Shown piece after piece: positions 51,768-61,424 of a stretch of DNA of 64,000 nt (within the stretch, counting starts at the first letter, position 1; every line of letters starts with the position of its first letter). Where the stretch lies: assembly GCA_038063735.1 (NCBI GenBank), contig JBBTUN010000006.1, positions 8,485-72,484 of the forward strand, read 5' to 3'. Source of the DNA: Patescibacteria group bacterium. Lineage in GTDB: Bacteria; Patescibacteriota; Microgenomatia; Curtissbacterales; GWA2-41-24. The notes under the pieces are model-generated. The model was not told the origin of the DNA, ran no database searches, and saw nothing but the letters and a program-made list of their open reading frames with translations. A program made the position numbers and the translations under genes.

Positions 51768-52820
51768 CTATACACTAAATTTAAACTCAACAACTGCTCC
51801 TTCGGGCATTACTTCACTCTTACCTATTGTCTTAACCAATCCTTTGGCTTTTGCCTCTTTCCATCCGCCAACTTCCACAAATTTGTCAAACGGCACAATA
51901 TCGGCCGCAATGAATCCTCGTTCAAAATCTCCATGGATTACCCCTGCCGCTACAGGTGCCAAACTGCCTTTTTTAATTGTCCACGCCCGCACTTCTTTTG
52001 GGCCCGCCGTCAAAAATGTCGCCAAACCCAAAACTTCATAGGCGCGTTTGGCCAGTTTTGCCAATCCGGAGTCTTTAACTCCTAACTCCGCAAGGTAAGC
52101 AATTTGCTCCTCACTAGTTAATGCCGCCAATTCTTCTTCCAATTTTGCACTAATTCTAATTGCCCCCTCAATTTCCGGCGCTTTTGATAAATCACCTTCA
52201 TCCGAATTAATCACCACAATTATTTTTTTAGCAGACAAAAGTGAAAGTTCACTAATTTTTGAAAGTTCTTCGTCGGTCGATTCGTCCGCTAGCCATTTCC
52301 CCTGCTCAATCAATCCTTTCGCCTTTTCAATTACAACTATCTTTTTTTCTAAACCCTGAACCCTAGACCCTAGAACCTTCTCCACTGTCTCCAAATCTTT
52401 CATCAACAATTCAGTCTTCAATACTTCCAAATCCTCTTTTGGATTTTCACCCGTTTTGATAATATCCTCATTTTTAAAATCCCTAACCACAAAAACAATT
52501 GCATCAACTTCGCGGATATGCGACAAAAATTTATTCCCTAATCCCTCACCTTTGTGGGCACCTCTTACAAGCCCCGCAATGTCCACAAATTCCACAACTG
52601 CCGGAATTATTTTAAAACCCGGAGATAATCCTTCGGATTTTTTAACTACATCCGCAAGAACAGCCAACCGCTCGTCTGGTACTTCCACTACACCAACGTT
52701 GGGCTCAATTGTCGTAAACGGATAATTTTGCGCCAGCGCAACTTGCTTTTTTAATAAAGCATTAAATAACGTTGACTTCCCAACATTAGGCAATCCCACT
52801 ATCCCAACGGACAAACTCAT
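51768..52820 (-). CDS. ychF: Ribosome-binding ATPase YchF
   Basis: GIVGLPNVGKSTLFN, NYPFTTIEPN, DIAGLV, GEGLGNKFL, AGVIHGDF. Confidence 0.97.
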   Translation of the reverse strand: MSLSVGIVGLPNVGKSTLFNALLKKQVALAQNYPFTTIEPNVGVVEVPDERLAVLADVVKKSEGLSPGFKIIPAVVEFVDIAGLVRGAHKGEGLGNKFLSHIREVDAIVFVVRDFKNEDIIKTGENPKEDLEVLKTELLMKDLETVEKVLGSRVQGLEKKIVVIEKAKGLIEQGKWLADESTDEELSKISELSLLSAKKIIVVINSDEGDLSKAPEIEGAIRISAKLEEELAALTSEEQIAYLAELGVKDSGLAKLAKRAYEVLGLATFLTAGPKEVRAWTIKKGSLAPVAAGVIHGDFERGFIAADIVPFDKFVEVGGWKEAKAKGLVKTIGKSEVMPEGAVVEFKFSV

Positions 52821-52881
52821 TCCCCATATTTTAGCAAAAGTTCCAACTTATTATTCATTGAAAATTGGGTATACTTGCAGA

Positions 52882-53344
52882 TTATGGCCGATTATTTCTC
52901 CATCCACCCCAGTCCATACTGGGTTGAATATTTCTTTCTTCAAAGTACTGTCTCATAATTCCCCGCATTGGACCCTGGCGTAACCAAACCTCATCCAATC
53001 CAGTCATATCAATAACCCACCCCGCAATCAGAATTGCCATTACGAATCCTACAATCACTACCCAAAATTTTCTTTTGTAAGAAAAATCATACTGGCGAAG
53101 CAACCATATCCCAATCGCCAGTCCGACGACAGCAAATATTGGTGCCCACCAAGGAAAACTCGAAATAAGTTGTTCCAAGCGGTAGTCACCCATGGGACCA
53201 TGACTACGCAGAGCAAGTCTGGTTAAACTGACCAAAAACAGAGGATACCGCTGAAGCTGTAAGTCCGACTAATACAAGAAGCGATCCGAGAATAAAGTAC
53301 GCTCTTGGTCGCATTTTTACCTGACCTTTACGGATTTGACTCAT
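52882..53344 (-). pseudogene. Frameshifted membrane protein gene
   Basis: MSQIRKGQVKMRPRAYFILGSLLVLVGLTASAVSSVF from 53344 continues in another frame as LVSLTRLALRSHGPMG at a T run near 53235. Confidence 0.6.
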
Positions 53345-53474
53345 GACGTTCTACTGAATAATTTGGACCTTTGATAGTCGGATCTCCTCGATACGCTAGT
53401 ACAGATCCCGCGGATACGACCATTATTCCTAAGACAAGTGCTAATGCTCCTAAACCTAGTGTTGTTTTTTTCAT
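53328..53474 (-). pseudogene. Truncated secreted protein
   Basis: MKKTTLGLGALALVLGIMVVSAGSVLA-YRGDPTIKGPNYSVERHESNP*: signal peptide, stop after 48 aa. Confidence 0.5.
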
Positions 53475-53567
53475 ATTTTTCACTTCCCTTCTACTTTAAT
53501 TTAACCTTTCTACTCTTAATACAACGAAGAGGATACTTTTCTTTCATTCTGGTACAATAACTTCAAC

Positions 53568-54200
53568 ATGACTTTGAAAAAGGAAATAATTATATCGGGC
53601 ATAGTCGGTATCATTATTGGTATTTTTCTCTCTCCAATCCTTTTTAATATTTGGGGGTGGAGTCCAATGATGGGTGGGAATTATAACAACCGATCAGGCG
53701 GGATGATGGGTTCTTCTGTAACCAGTAATATTGACCGCCATTTTATTGCACAGATGATTCCCCACCATGAAGGAGCAATTGAAATGGCAAAACTTGCTCA
53801 GGAACGCTCATCCCGACCAGAAATCAAAACACTTGCTGATAACATTATCCAAAGTCAGACAGAAGAAATTGAAAAAATGAAGAAGTGGTACAAAACGTGG
53901 TATGGAACGGCGGTACCAGAGAACTCTAATAGTGGAATGGGTATGGGACGAGGTATGATGCGGGGAGGCATGATGGGTGGCGAGACAGACATTGAGGCAT
54001 TAAAAAATGCTCCTGATTTTGATAAATCTTTTATAGAAGAAATGATTCCCCATCATCAAATGGCACTTATGATGGTAAATATGCTACTTCAGGGAACAGA
54101 GAGGGAAGAAATGAAAACCCTAGGTCAGGCGATGATTGACGCCCAAAGCCGTGAAATAGACCAGATGCGGTCATGGTATCGCAGTTGGTACGAACAATAA
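53568..54200 (+). CDS. DUF305 (CopM-like) ferritin-fold metal-binding protein
   Basis: Two repeats of D..F...MIPHH..A..M, Met/Gly-rich linkers, N-terminal TM. Confidence 0.9.
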   Translation: MTLKKEIIISGIVGIIIGIFLSPILFNIWGWSPMMGGNYNNRSGGMMGSSVTSNIDRHFIAQMIPHHEGAIEMAKLAQERSSRPEIKTLADNIIQSQTEEIEKMKKWYKTWYGTAVPENSNSGMGMGRGMMRGGMMGGETDIEALKNAPDFDKSFIEEMIPHHQMALMMVNMLLQGTEREEMKTLGQAMIDAQSREIDQMRSWYRSWYEQ

Positions 54201-54234
54201 AAAAGGGTAATTGAGGAAACAATGACATGAGGGT

Positions 54235-54405
54235 TTAAAACTTAAACTGGGGTGGCTGGGAGTGGACTATTCTACCGAGTCCATCTCTCTCAACAATAAT
54301 TCTTTCTTTTCTTGGGTTGGGAGGATGGAAACTAAAGTGAAATTCTAAATATTGGTTTTTCCGTTGATAGTGCCTGCTGATAAGTTCATAAGAGCAATTT
54401 TAGCA
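54235..54405 (-). repeat. ychF-like-start / ERDxxGRIV module, copy 1
   Basis: TGcTAAAAT-7nt-ATG 54389 MNLSAGTI; gapless match to copy 2 (about 89 of 106 nt by hand). Confidence 0.8.
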
Positions 54406-54642
54406 GAAAGTTAAATTAAAAATTGTCCTGAGCGAAATCGAGTCAGACTCGATGATGTCGAAGTACACAATTAACCATGAGGCGACTATATCAATAAAGT
54501 TAGGTGGGCTTTCAAAAAAGTCCATGTGAGCACTAGGCGCAACTCGCACTTCAACTATATTTAAATGCGTCTGTTTACAAACTGACAAAAATACGTTATC
54601 TTTCCATTCAGGCTGACTAAGGCTGAAAATTTTATACAATTC

Positions 54643-56886
54643 ATGAAAATGCTAAAACAAAATTGGCAGTTGATTTTCGTTTCCTCTCAAATACTTTTTC
54701 TAGAACTTCTTGTAATTCGATTGATATCAACGGAGATTAGAATCTTTGCTTACTTTTCAAACTTAGTTCTCCTCGCCACATTTATCGGTTTAGGCTTCGG
54801 CATGATTCTTCGGAAGAAATTCCCGGTCGCTATTTCCGCCATATCTCTTTTTCTCATGGTGGTTGCAGCTTCTACAAATTATATTGTACGATGGCCAAAA
54901 ATCGATTTTAAATTCTTTTCTGGAGTTACAGAGCTTCTTGCACCCCTTTCCGAATCATACATTTGGCTTACAACAAGCACATATTCAAAATCAGGCATAA
55001 TAATCGGTTTTCTCTTGCTAATAATATTATTCATCAACATAGTTCTGATATTTATGCCCCTTGGCCAAATTATGGGAAATCTTCTAGAAAAACATAAAAA
55101 ACCCATTCTTGCTTATTCAATAAATATAGTCGCTTCCCTGGCAGGCTTGTGGATATTTCAAATCTTTTCTCTTTCCAGATTCACACCTTACTTTGGTGTT
55201 GTACTCGCAATATCAGCACTCTTCTTTCTCACAAAAGATAAAACTGAAAAGTATTTAATAATAGCAATTGCAGTTGCGACAATAGCTTTTATTGTGCCAA
55301 AATCCCTTCCAGAAAAGTTTCGCGCAACCTATTGGTCTCCTTACCAAAAACTGACGCTCTCGGCATCAGAAAAGGATCCTTCAGAAAGGCATCCTCAACC
55401 GGAAGGTTGGTATTTGGAGGTAAACAATGTAGGTTATATGGCTCTCTTGAATATTAGCAATGATTACAAAAACAAGGCAAAAGAAGAACTAACCAAATTG
55501 TACGGGAACAACACACCTATAGATACAAATTTTTCAGATAATTATTCGCTACCGTACAAATTCAAACCCCTTCCTCAAGATGTTTTGATAATAGGAGCAG
55601 GTGCAGGTAACGATGCAGCGGCAGCCATAAGAGAAGGTAAGAGACTCTATGAACTAAACCCTCCTGTGAGTATGACAGAAGAGCAATATTTACAAAAGGC
55701 ACCAAGAATCGACGCCGTGGAAATTGATCCAACAATTATTGAGATTGGAGAAAAATATCATCATGAAAAACCCTATCGTGAACCGAATGTAAACATAATC
55801 GTTGATGATGGTCGTTCATTTATGGAGAGAACCGACAAAAAGTATGACCTTGTTATTATGAGTCTCGCTGACTCTCACACGCTATCATCATCGCTTAGTA
55901 ATTTAAGACTCGATCACTACCTTTATACACAGGAGAGCTTTGCCCAAATCAAAGATTTGCTCAAAGACAACGGTGTTCTTTTCTTGACATTTGAGGTGAC
56001 CCGCTCGTGGATAGGAGACAGACTGAATCGCGGTCTAGTTAACGTTTTTAATCAAGAACCAAAAATATTCGAGGTTAGGTCAAATGGCGTTTTTGGCTGG
56101 GGAGGATACTCTTTTGTTGTTTCTAAAAATCCCCAAACCTTAAAGGATATTCTCGCGAATAATAATGACCTTAATCAATTTGTCGTGAATAACCAAAGGG
56201 TCTTCAATACAAACACCAAACCTCTTACGGACAATTGGCCCTATCTCTATTTGGACAAACCACGTTTACCTCTAATTCACGTCATCGTTGCGCTCATTTT
56301 CAGTTTGGCCTTGCTAATTGCCAGAAAAGGACTACTTGGAACAAATAAACTGAATTGGGCAATGTTTTTCTGGGGCGCGGCTTTCCTACTTTTCGAATTT
56401 CAAAATATTTCCAAAGCGAGTCTGCTATTCGGAGTGACTTGGCAAACCAACTTATTCATGATAAGCGCAATACTTGTACTTCTACTTTTTGCTAATTGGA
56501 CAGTTCAAAAAACGCTGATTAAACCAAAGATCGCGTTCATATCGCTTATTGCAAGTCTGGTATTACAAATTTTCTTCCTGCTGGAAACCTTAAACAATTT
56601 TGGCTTTTGGCAAAAAATCGTCTTTGCTAGCTTAGTGCTTAATTTGCCACTCTACTTCGGAGGGGTTATATTTGTCGACATGTTCGCTAAATCACGAGAC
56701 AAAGCTAATGCTTTTGGGTCAAATTTTTTGGGAGCCGTATTTGGTGGTCTTGCAGAGATGTTTTCTTTCTTATTTGGAATCCATGCTCTGCTTTACATAG
56801 TTATAATTTTATACTCACTTGGGTTTATGGCCTCAAATTACATAAAAATTTTGCCTCATAAATTATTCCCAATTCTTAGAAAGTGA
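54643..56886 (+). CDS. Membrane-fused spermidine-synthase-like SAM-fold protein
   Basis: TM domains at both ends; WSPYQK, VLIIGAGAGND, AVEIDP, VDDGRSF, YLYTQES, LTDNWPYLY. Confidence 0.85.
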   Translation: MKMLKQNWQLIFVSSQILFLELLVIRLISTEIRIFAYFSNLVLLATFIGLGFGMILRKKFPVAISAISLFLMVVAASTNYIVRWPKIDFKFFSGVTELLAPLSESYIWLTTSTYSKSGIIIGFLLLIILFINIVLIFMPLGQIMGNLLEKHKKPILAYSINIVASLAGLWIFQIFSLSRFTPYFGVVLAISALFFLTKDKTEKYLIIAIAVATIAFIVPKSLPEKFRATYWSPYQKLTLSASEKDPSERHPQPEGWYLEVNNVGYMALLNISNDYKNKAKEELTKLYGNNTPIDTNFSDNYSLPYKFKPLPQDVLIIGAGAGNDAAAAIREGKRLYELNPPVSMTEEQYLQKAPRIDAVEIDPTIIEIGEKYHHEKPYREPNVNIIVDDGRSFMERTDKKYDLVIMSLADSHTLSSSLSNLRLDHYLYTQESFAQIKDLLKDNGVLFLTFEVTRSWIGDRLNRGLVNVFNQEPKIFEVRSNGVFGWGGYSFVVSKNPQTLKDILANNNDLNQFVVNNQRVFNTNTKPLTDNWPYLYLDKPRLPLIHVIVALIFSLALLIARKGLLGTNKLNWAMFFWGAAFLLFEFQNISKASLLFGVTWQTNLFMISAILVLLLFANWTVQKTLIKPKIAFISLIASLVLQIFFLLETLNNFGFWQKIVFASLVLNLPLYFGGVIFVDMFAKSRDKANAFGSNFLGAVFGGLAEMFSFLFGIHALLYIVIILYSLGFMASNYIKILPHKLFPILRK

Positions 56887-57106
56887 GGTTTTAATTAAGT
56901 CTAGTTTGTCCAAGTACTATAGTGCTACTATCTTTCCAAACTCATCTCTGCTTACCCTGAACGGGCGAAGGGTCGGAAGTTAAGCGATCTTTCTTCAATT
57001 TCGCTTGCACTCCGAAGCTTTAGCGAAGGAGTGGCAACCTGAATTTAAGCTCAATCGGAAGCAGTCTCAGCATCTTTAGTAATTAAACCCTAAAAGCTTC
57101 ATAGAT

Positions 57107-57658
57107 TTATTCATCGGGTACAAATCTGAGTGTAATCGAATTCATACAATACCGCTTTCCTGAAGGCTTGGGACCATCATCAAATACATGACCTAAGTGT
57201 CCTCCACAAGTATCTAATACTTCAATCCTATCATCACCTAACCCTGTTTCTTTTCGAAGCACTAGCGAATTTTCATCAATGGGCGCCCAAAAACTCGGCC
57301 AGCCTGTTCCTGAATCATATTTTTGTTCTGACCGAAAAAGTGGTATGTCACACCCAACGCTGTAATACTTTCCTTTCCTCTTCTCATTGTTCAGTACACC
57401 TGTAAAAGGTGCCTCTGTCCCAGCTTCGCGCAGTATATGAAACTGTTCGGGAGTTAATGTCTTCTTCCACTCCTCGTCAGTCTTAAACTTACTTTGGTTA
57501 AATGCTCCAGAGATAATCTGTCCTGTATTCTGACCTATCGTAGGTTTCTCGGCTATTTTTTTCTGCTGGTGACTTATCATGACAATTCCCCCTATCATCA
57601 GAACAGCAAATACAATCAAAAAAAGTACATTCTTAGGTTTGTGGTGGGCTTTATACAA
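57107..57658 (-). CDS. msrB: Membrane-anchored methionine-R-sulfoxide reductase
   Basis: LTPEQFHILREAGTEAPF, KYDSGTGWPSF, HLGHVFDDGP, RYCMNS; N-terminal TM; start uncertain. Confidence 0.93.
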   Translation of the reverse strand: MYKAHHKPKNVLFLIVFAVLMIGGIVMISHQQKKIAEKPTIGQNTGQIISGAFNQSKFKTDEEWKKTLTPEQFHILREAGTEAPFTGVLNNEKRKGKYYSVGCDIPLFRSEQKYDSGTGWPSFWAPIDENSLVLRKETGLGDDRIEVLDTCGGHLGHVFDDGPKPSGKRYCMNSITLRFVPDE

Positions 57659-57673
57659 CCTGTTTTGTATTAA

Positions 57674-59443
57674 TTAACCAAAAGTAAAAGCAAAAAGTTC
57701 TACATTGTTATCCTCAAATTCAAGCCGAAGAATATGTCGCCCTGGTGATGAGAGGTTAATCAATTTGTAAAGTTTATCACTATTAACTGTTACGACACCG
57801 TTTACGTTATCCTCCCCAAAATCCTGCATCTTCTCATCAAGATACACTTTTACTTTTGCAGAGGTTCCTTTTGTACGCATAACTAAAAATACTTCTTTTG
57901 AATCAAAATTTAACGTAAGTGTTGTACCTTTTTGAGGGTTGGCATATTCTTTCGTCACATTCCATACACCTTCGTAAGCAACCTGATTATTCCCTACATT
58001 TGCTGGTGTTGAATAAGTCCCAAGCGTATCTCTCTTAATTGTTTCAGGAGATGCAAAATGTTCGATTCTTCCATATCCTAGATAAATTTCAGGGGTTTTT
58101 GCGTTAACCTGGTACGTTGGATTATTTATTTTTGAAGATACATCTCTGACTCCCGCTTCTTTTAAGAGTTCTTGAATAACCCTTTCACTTTCATCGTAAG
58201 CTCCCTCTCCAAAATGGGTGTACCGAACATACCCTTCTTTATCGATAAAGTATTTTGCTGGCCAGAAACGATTATTGTATGCTCGCCAAGTAGAAAAGTC
58301 ATTGTCCTGCACAATAGGATAAGTAAGTTTAAAGTCTTTGATTGCTCGAGCCACATTTTTTTCGCTCTTTTCAAATTCAAATTCAGGAGCATGAACACCA
58401 ATGATGACTAAGCCCTTATCCTTATACTTCTCATTCCAATCCCTTAGATACGGCAGGGTTCTTTGACAATTAATACAAGAATACGTCCAAAAATCTATGA
58501 CTACAACCTTGCCTTTTAATTGCTCAAGTGTCAGTGGTTCACTGTTAAACCATGCGCCTCCAGGAATAATTTCAGGAGCTTTTACGCCTTTTGGTTCTGT
58601 CAAATCAAACATTGGCTTTCCCATACCTGCCTTGCCGGCAGGCAGGTCTTCTTTTTTAACTTCACCACCAGATTTTTTATTCGCAGAAGAGCTTCGCTCA
58701 TCCAATTGATTTCGAATTAACTCATTATCTTCAAACTTGGTAAGACCAACACCATATTGTGGAAAGGTGTTCAGTACAAACGTTTGAAATCTCCGGTCAA
58801 CATTAAAAAATATTCCTACAGCTGTCAAAATCATTAATATCCCAAACAGTTTTTGGATATGACCTAAGTTAGAAAGTAACCAAGGGACTCTGCGAAGCGC
58901 ATTTTGTCCACCAAATATGATTAAAAACATCGGAATTGCTGTACCAAGTGAATACGCAAGTGTGATAAAGAATGCGTCCAGAGTAACCTTACCAGTAATT
59001 GCCAATGAAATAACTGAGGCTAGTATGGGGCCAACACACGGAGTCCATAAAAGCCCCACAGAAAAACCAATGAGTAGTCCCCCAACAAAGCCGGTTCTCC
59101 CTTGGCTATTTGGCGTAAAGCCAGCCAGTTTAGAAAAAAGCCTCTCTACAATAACTTGAAACTGTGGAACAAGAAGTGATATTCCAAATCCTGCAATCAC
59201 TATTATTGAAACAAATCGAAGCGTTTCTGCTGGAATACCACTAAGTCTTACCATCGTTGAGAGAAAAAGTGTAAAGAAGGTAAAACTAAGAATAAATCCG
59301 ATAACAACTCCCATCGGCCGTGACTTACCTGTATTTACCCCACCGATACTCGATGTAAGAATAATTGGAAGGATAGGAAGAATACACGGTGAGAGTACTG
59401 TTATAATTCCAGCCAAAAATGCAAATGCGATAAGTAAAATCAT
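57674..59443 (-). CDS. dipZ: DipZ-type CcdA + thioredoxin fusion
   Basis: LSPCILP and WTPCVGP (CcdA), DFWTYSCINC (thioredoxin), C-terminal beta domain ending FTFG. Confidence 0.9.
   Translation of the reverse strand: MILLIAFAFLAGIITVLSPCILPILPIILTSSIGGVNTGKSRPMGVVIGFILSFTFFTLFLSTMVRLSGIPAETLRFVSIIVIAGFGISLLVPQFQVIVERLFSKLAGFTPNSQGRTGFVGGLLIGFSVGLLWTPCVGPILASVISLAITGKVTLDAFFITLAYSLGTAIPMFLIIFGGQNALRRVPWLLSNLGHIQKLFGILMILTAVGIFFNVDRRFQTFVLNTFPQYGVGLTKFEDNELIRNQLDERSSSANKKSGGEVKKEDLPAGKAGMGKPMFDLTEPKGVKAPEIIPGGAWFNSEPLTLEQLKGKVVVIDFWTYSCINCQRTLPYLRDWNEKYKDKGLVIIGVHAPEFEFEKSEKNVARAIKDFKLTYPIVQDNDFSTWRAYNNRFWPAKYFIDKEGYVRYTHFGEGAYDESERVIQELLKEAGVRDVSSKINNPTYQVNAKTPEIYLGYGRIEHFASPETIKRDTLGTYSTPANVGNNQVAYEGVWNVTKEYANPQKGTTLTLNFDSKEVFLVMRTKGTSAKVKVYLDEKMQDFGEDNVNGVVTVNSDKLYKLINLSSPGRHILRLEFEDNNVELFAFTFG
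58625..58647. repeat. Palindromic element inserted in frame in the dipZ linker (LPAGKAG)
   Basis: ACCTGCCTTGCCGGCAGGCAGGT. Confidence 0.7.
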
Positions 59444-59554
59444 ATAGTGTTTTGTTTAGGCCTCCGAAGCAAAGTATTTTTTTTATTTTGCGAAAGGGTC
59501 TTAATTAACCTCCGATACTGGTTTTTGAAAAAAGGCAAAAACCAGAACCGCAGA

Positions 59555-60061
59555 TTACTTAATATTAGAAAGTAACTCTTCTATCTGTCCACCGTTCCAT
59601 TTCGCTACTTCCTTGCCCGCACTATCTATTTGGACAAACGTGTGCTGATAGGTTATGCCATACTTTTTCGCAAGGTCTTTTTCTTCCTGGTCTGTTTCTG
59701 GGTCATTGTAATTGACTCTAACCAAAGTAACATCTTCAGGGATTTTACTTACATTTTGAGTAAAGTTAGCATCAGCTGGTTTACAGGTCGGACACCAGGA
59801 CGCATAGAAAAATAACACGCGGCGGGTGTTAGCAGCACTATCTAAAGCTGATTTGCTGTATTGGGCGTAGCGAGAGTTGTCTGTGTTATCATCCATCATT
59901 TCGCCTTGTCCTGTGATAGTCGTAGGATCACTTTTCATAGCGCCATCATCTTTTTTCATTATGGAGTCGGACTGAGAAGATTTTTGAGAAAGAGTATACG
60001 CACCAAACCCAAGAACAGCTACCACTGCGATAATTGCAAAGATTACTATTGGATTTTTCAT
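59555..60061 (-). CDS. Membrane-anchored thioredoxin
   Basis: FFYASWCPTC, N-terminal TM, SD AGGAGGTG before ATG 60061. Confidence 0.9.
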   Translation of the reverse strand: MKNPIVIFAIIAVVAVLGFGAYTLSQKSSQSDSIMKKDDGAMKSDPTTITGQGEMMDDNTDNSRYAQYSKSALDSAANTRRVLFFYASWCPTCKPADANFTQNVSKIPEDVTLVRVNYNDPETDQEEKDLAKKYGITYQHTFVQIDSAGKEVAKWNGGQIEELLSNIK

Positions 60062-60124
60062 AAATTGATTCACCTCCTATCTTTATCCATCGTAGTAAAT
60101 CAAAATACAAATGTCAAGTCGCCT

Positions 60125-60478
60125 TTACATTGTGAAATGAGAGTAAATTCGGGAGAGAAGCTTCGAGAAAACCATGGCACAAAGTGCAATAACAAGCCAG
60201 GGATCGATATCGTGCTTGAGCGCCTGTAATATGACACCGAGAATCAAGGTACCTACTCCAACGAGATAGGATATTCTTCCGGCTGTAAGAATATGTATTG
60301 TATCCCGTTCGTCCGAGGATTTTTCTCTGAAAAGAAAAGCAGCAAACGTGAGAAACGAGACAATGAGTCCTACGATTAACATTGATACCATACTGTCAGG
60401 CATCGTCAAATGCCCAGGGTTCAAAAACAGAATTGCAATCCCAAGTATTGCGATAGCGCTAATGGTTTCAATAATCAT
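60125..60478 (-). CDS. Small 4-TM membrane protein, partner of the HTH gene
   Basis: DER motif between TM pairs; directly downstream of the XRE gene. Confidence 0.7.
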   Translation of the reverse strand: MIIETISAIAILGIAILFLNPGHLTMPDSMVSMLIVGLIVSFLTFAAFLFREKSSDERDTIHILTAGRISYLVGVGTLILGVILQALKHDIDPWLVIALCAMVFSKLLSRIYSHFTM

Positions 60479-60480
60479 AA

Positions 60481-60687
60481 TTACCTCTCAATTGTAAACA
60501 ATTTTTCAATTGTCGTGTTAAAGTATTTCGCAATTTTAAGTGCAAGTAACACAGAAGGTGTATAGTTGCCTTTTTCTATAGCAATGATTGTTTGGCGGGT
60601 TACGCCAATTGATTTTGCCAATGCTTCTTGCGTAACATTCTTTTTAACCCTAAATTCTTGTAAGTAATTAATAACTTTTTCAGACAT
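60481..60687 (-). CDS. XRE/Cro-family HTH regulator
   Basis: TQEALAKSIGVTRQTIIAIEKGNYTPS. Confidence 0.93.
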   Translation of the reverse strand: MSEKVINYLQEFRVKKNVTQEALAKSIGVTRQTIIAIEKGNYTPSVLLALKIAKYFNTTIEKLFTIER

Positions 60688-60698
60688 AATTGCGTCTA

Positions 60699-60865
60699 TT
60701 ATATCAATCTTGGAGGTCTTGAACGTACAATCCTACCAAACGCGTCTCTTTCAACAATAATTCTTTCTTTTCTAGGGTTTGGAGGCTTGAAGCTGAAGTG
60801 AAAAGATAAATATGAGTTTTTTCGTTGATTGTGCCTACTGATAGATTCATGAGGCTATTCTACCA
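60699..60865 (-). repeat. ychF-like-start / ERDxxGRIV module, copy 2
   Basis: TGgTAGAAT-6nt-ATG 60850 MNLSVGTI; homologous to 54235-54405. Confidence 0.8.
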
Positions 60866-60905
60866 CCTCAAAACACCATAAATACGTAAACCACAGCCCC
60901 TTCAA

Positions 60906-61292
60906 CTAAGAAATATAATGTAAAGCGAATAAATGACCTTTGTAAGATATTGGGACAAGAATTACTGTTGTATCGACTATCCCTCCGGATTTTTTCTTCC
61001 AGGTTACTTTTGTTGTTGTGCCTTCCATTTTTTCCATCGCATTTTGATATGCGGTAACTAGTGCTTGTTGACTTTTACTCTCAACAAAAACCCCAGGAAA
61101 AGATCCATGCACGTCAACTTTAAACCATTCGTCGGGTGATGAGTATCCAAGGAGCGATGCAAATTTCTCATTGGCAACCCTGCAATCATCATCAAGAAAC
61201 GCATACATAGCTTGGCTTGAAGAATCAAAAATTTCCTGTTGCTCTTTGAAGAAACCGCTTACCAGCTCTCCATGATGTTGATGTTTATCCAT
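60906..61292 (-). CDS. Stand-alone PAS-like domain protein
   Basis: ANEKFASLLGYSSPDE and WKKKSGG..V.LVPI pattern; SD GGAGGTG. Confidence 0.65.
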   Translation of the reverse strand: MDKHQHHGELVSGFFKEQQEIFDSSSQAMYAFLDDDCRVANEKFASLLGYSSPDEWFKVDVHGSFPGVFVESKSQQALVTAYQNAMEKMEGTTTKVTWKKKSGGIVDTTVILVPISYKGHLFALHYIS

Positions 61293-61424
61293 ATTATTTC
61301 ACCTCCCTCGTTAAATTTAACTTGATATTTTGCGACCTTCATCAATATTACCAACTAAGTTCTTTATTGCAAGTACATACAAAAATGTTTCATAGTGTAT
61401 TAATGTATACTATAGAAATAAACC

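Noticed and set aside
51214-52041. 275-aa + strand ORF
   Set aside because: Antisense to rpsF and ychF
54400-54639. 79-aa minus-strand ORF
   Set aside because: Non-ATG start, no motif, and it runs through a REP-like palindrome and a promoter
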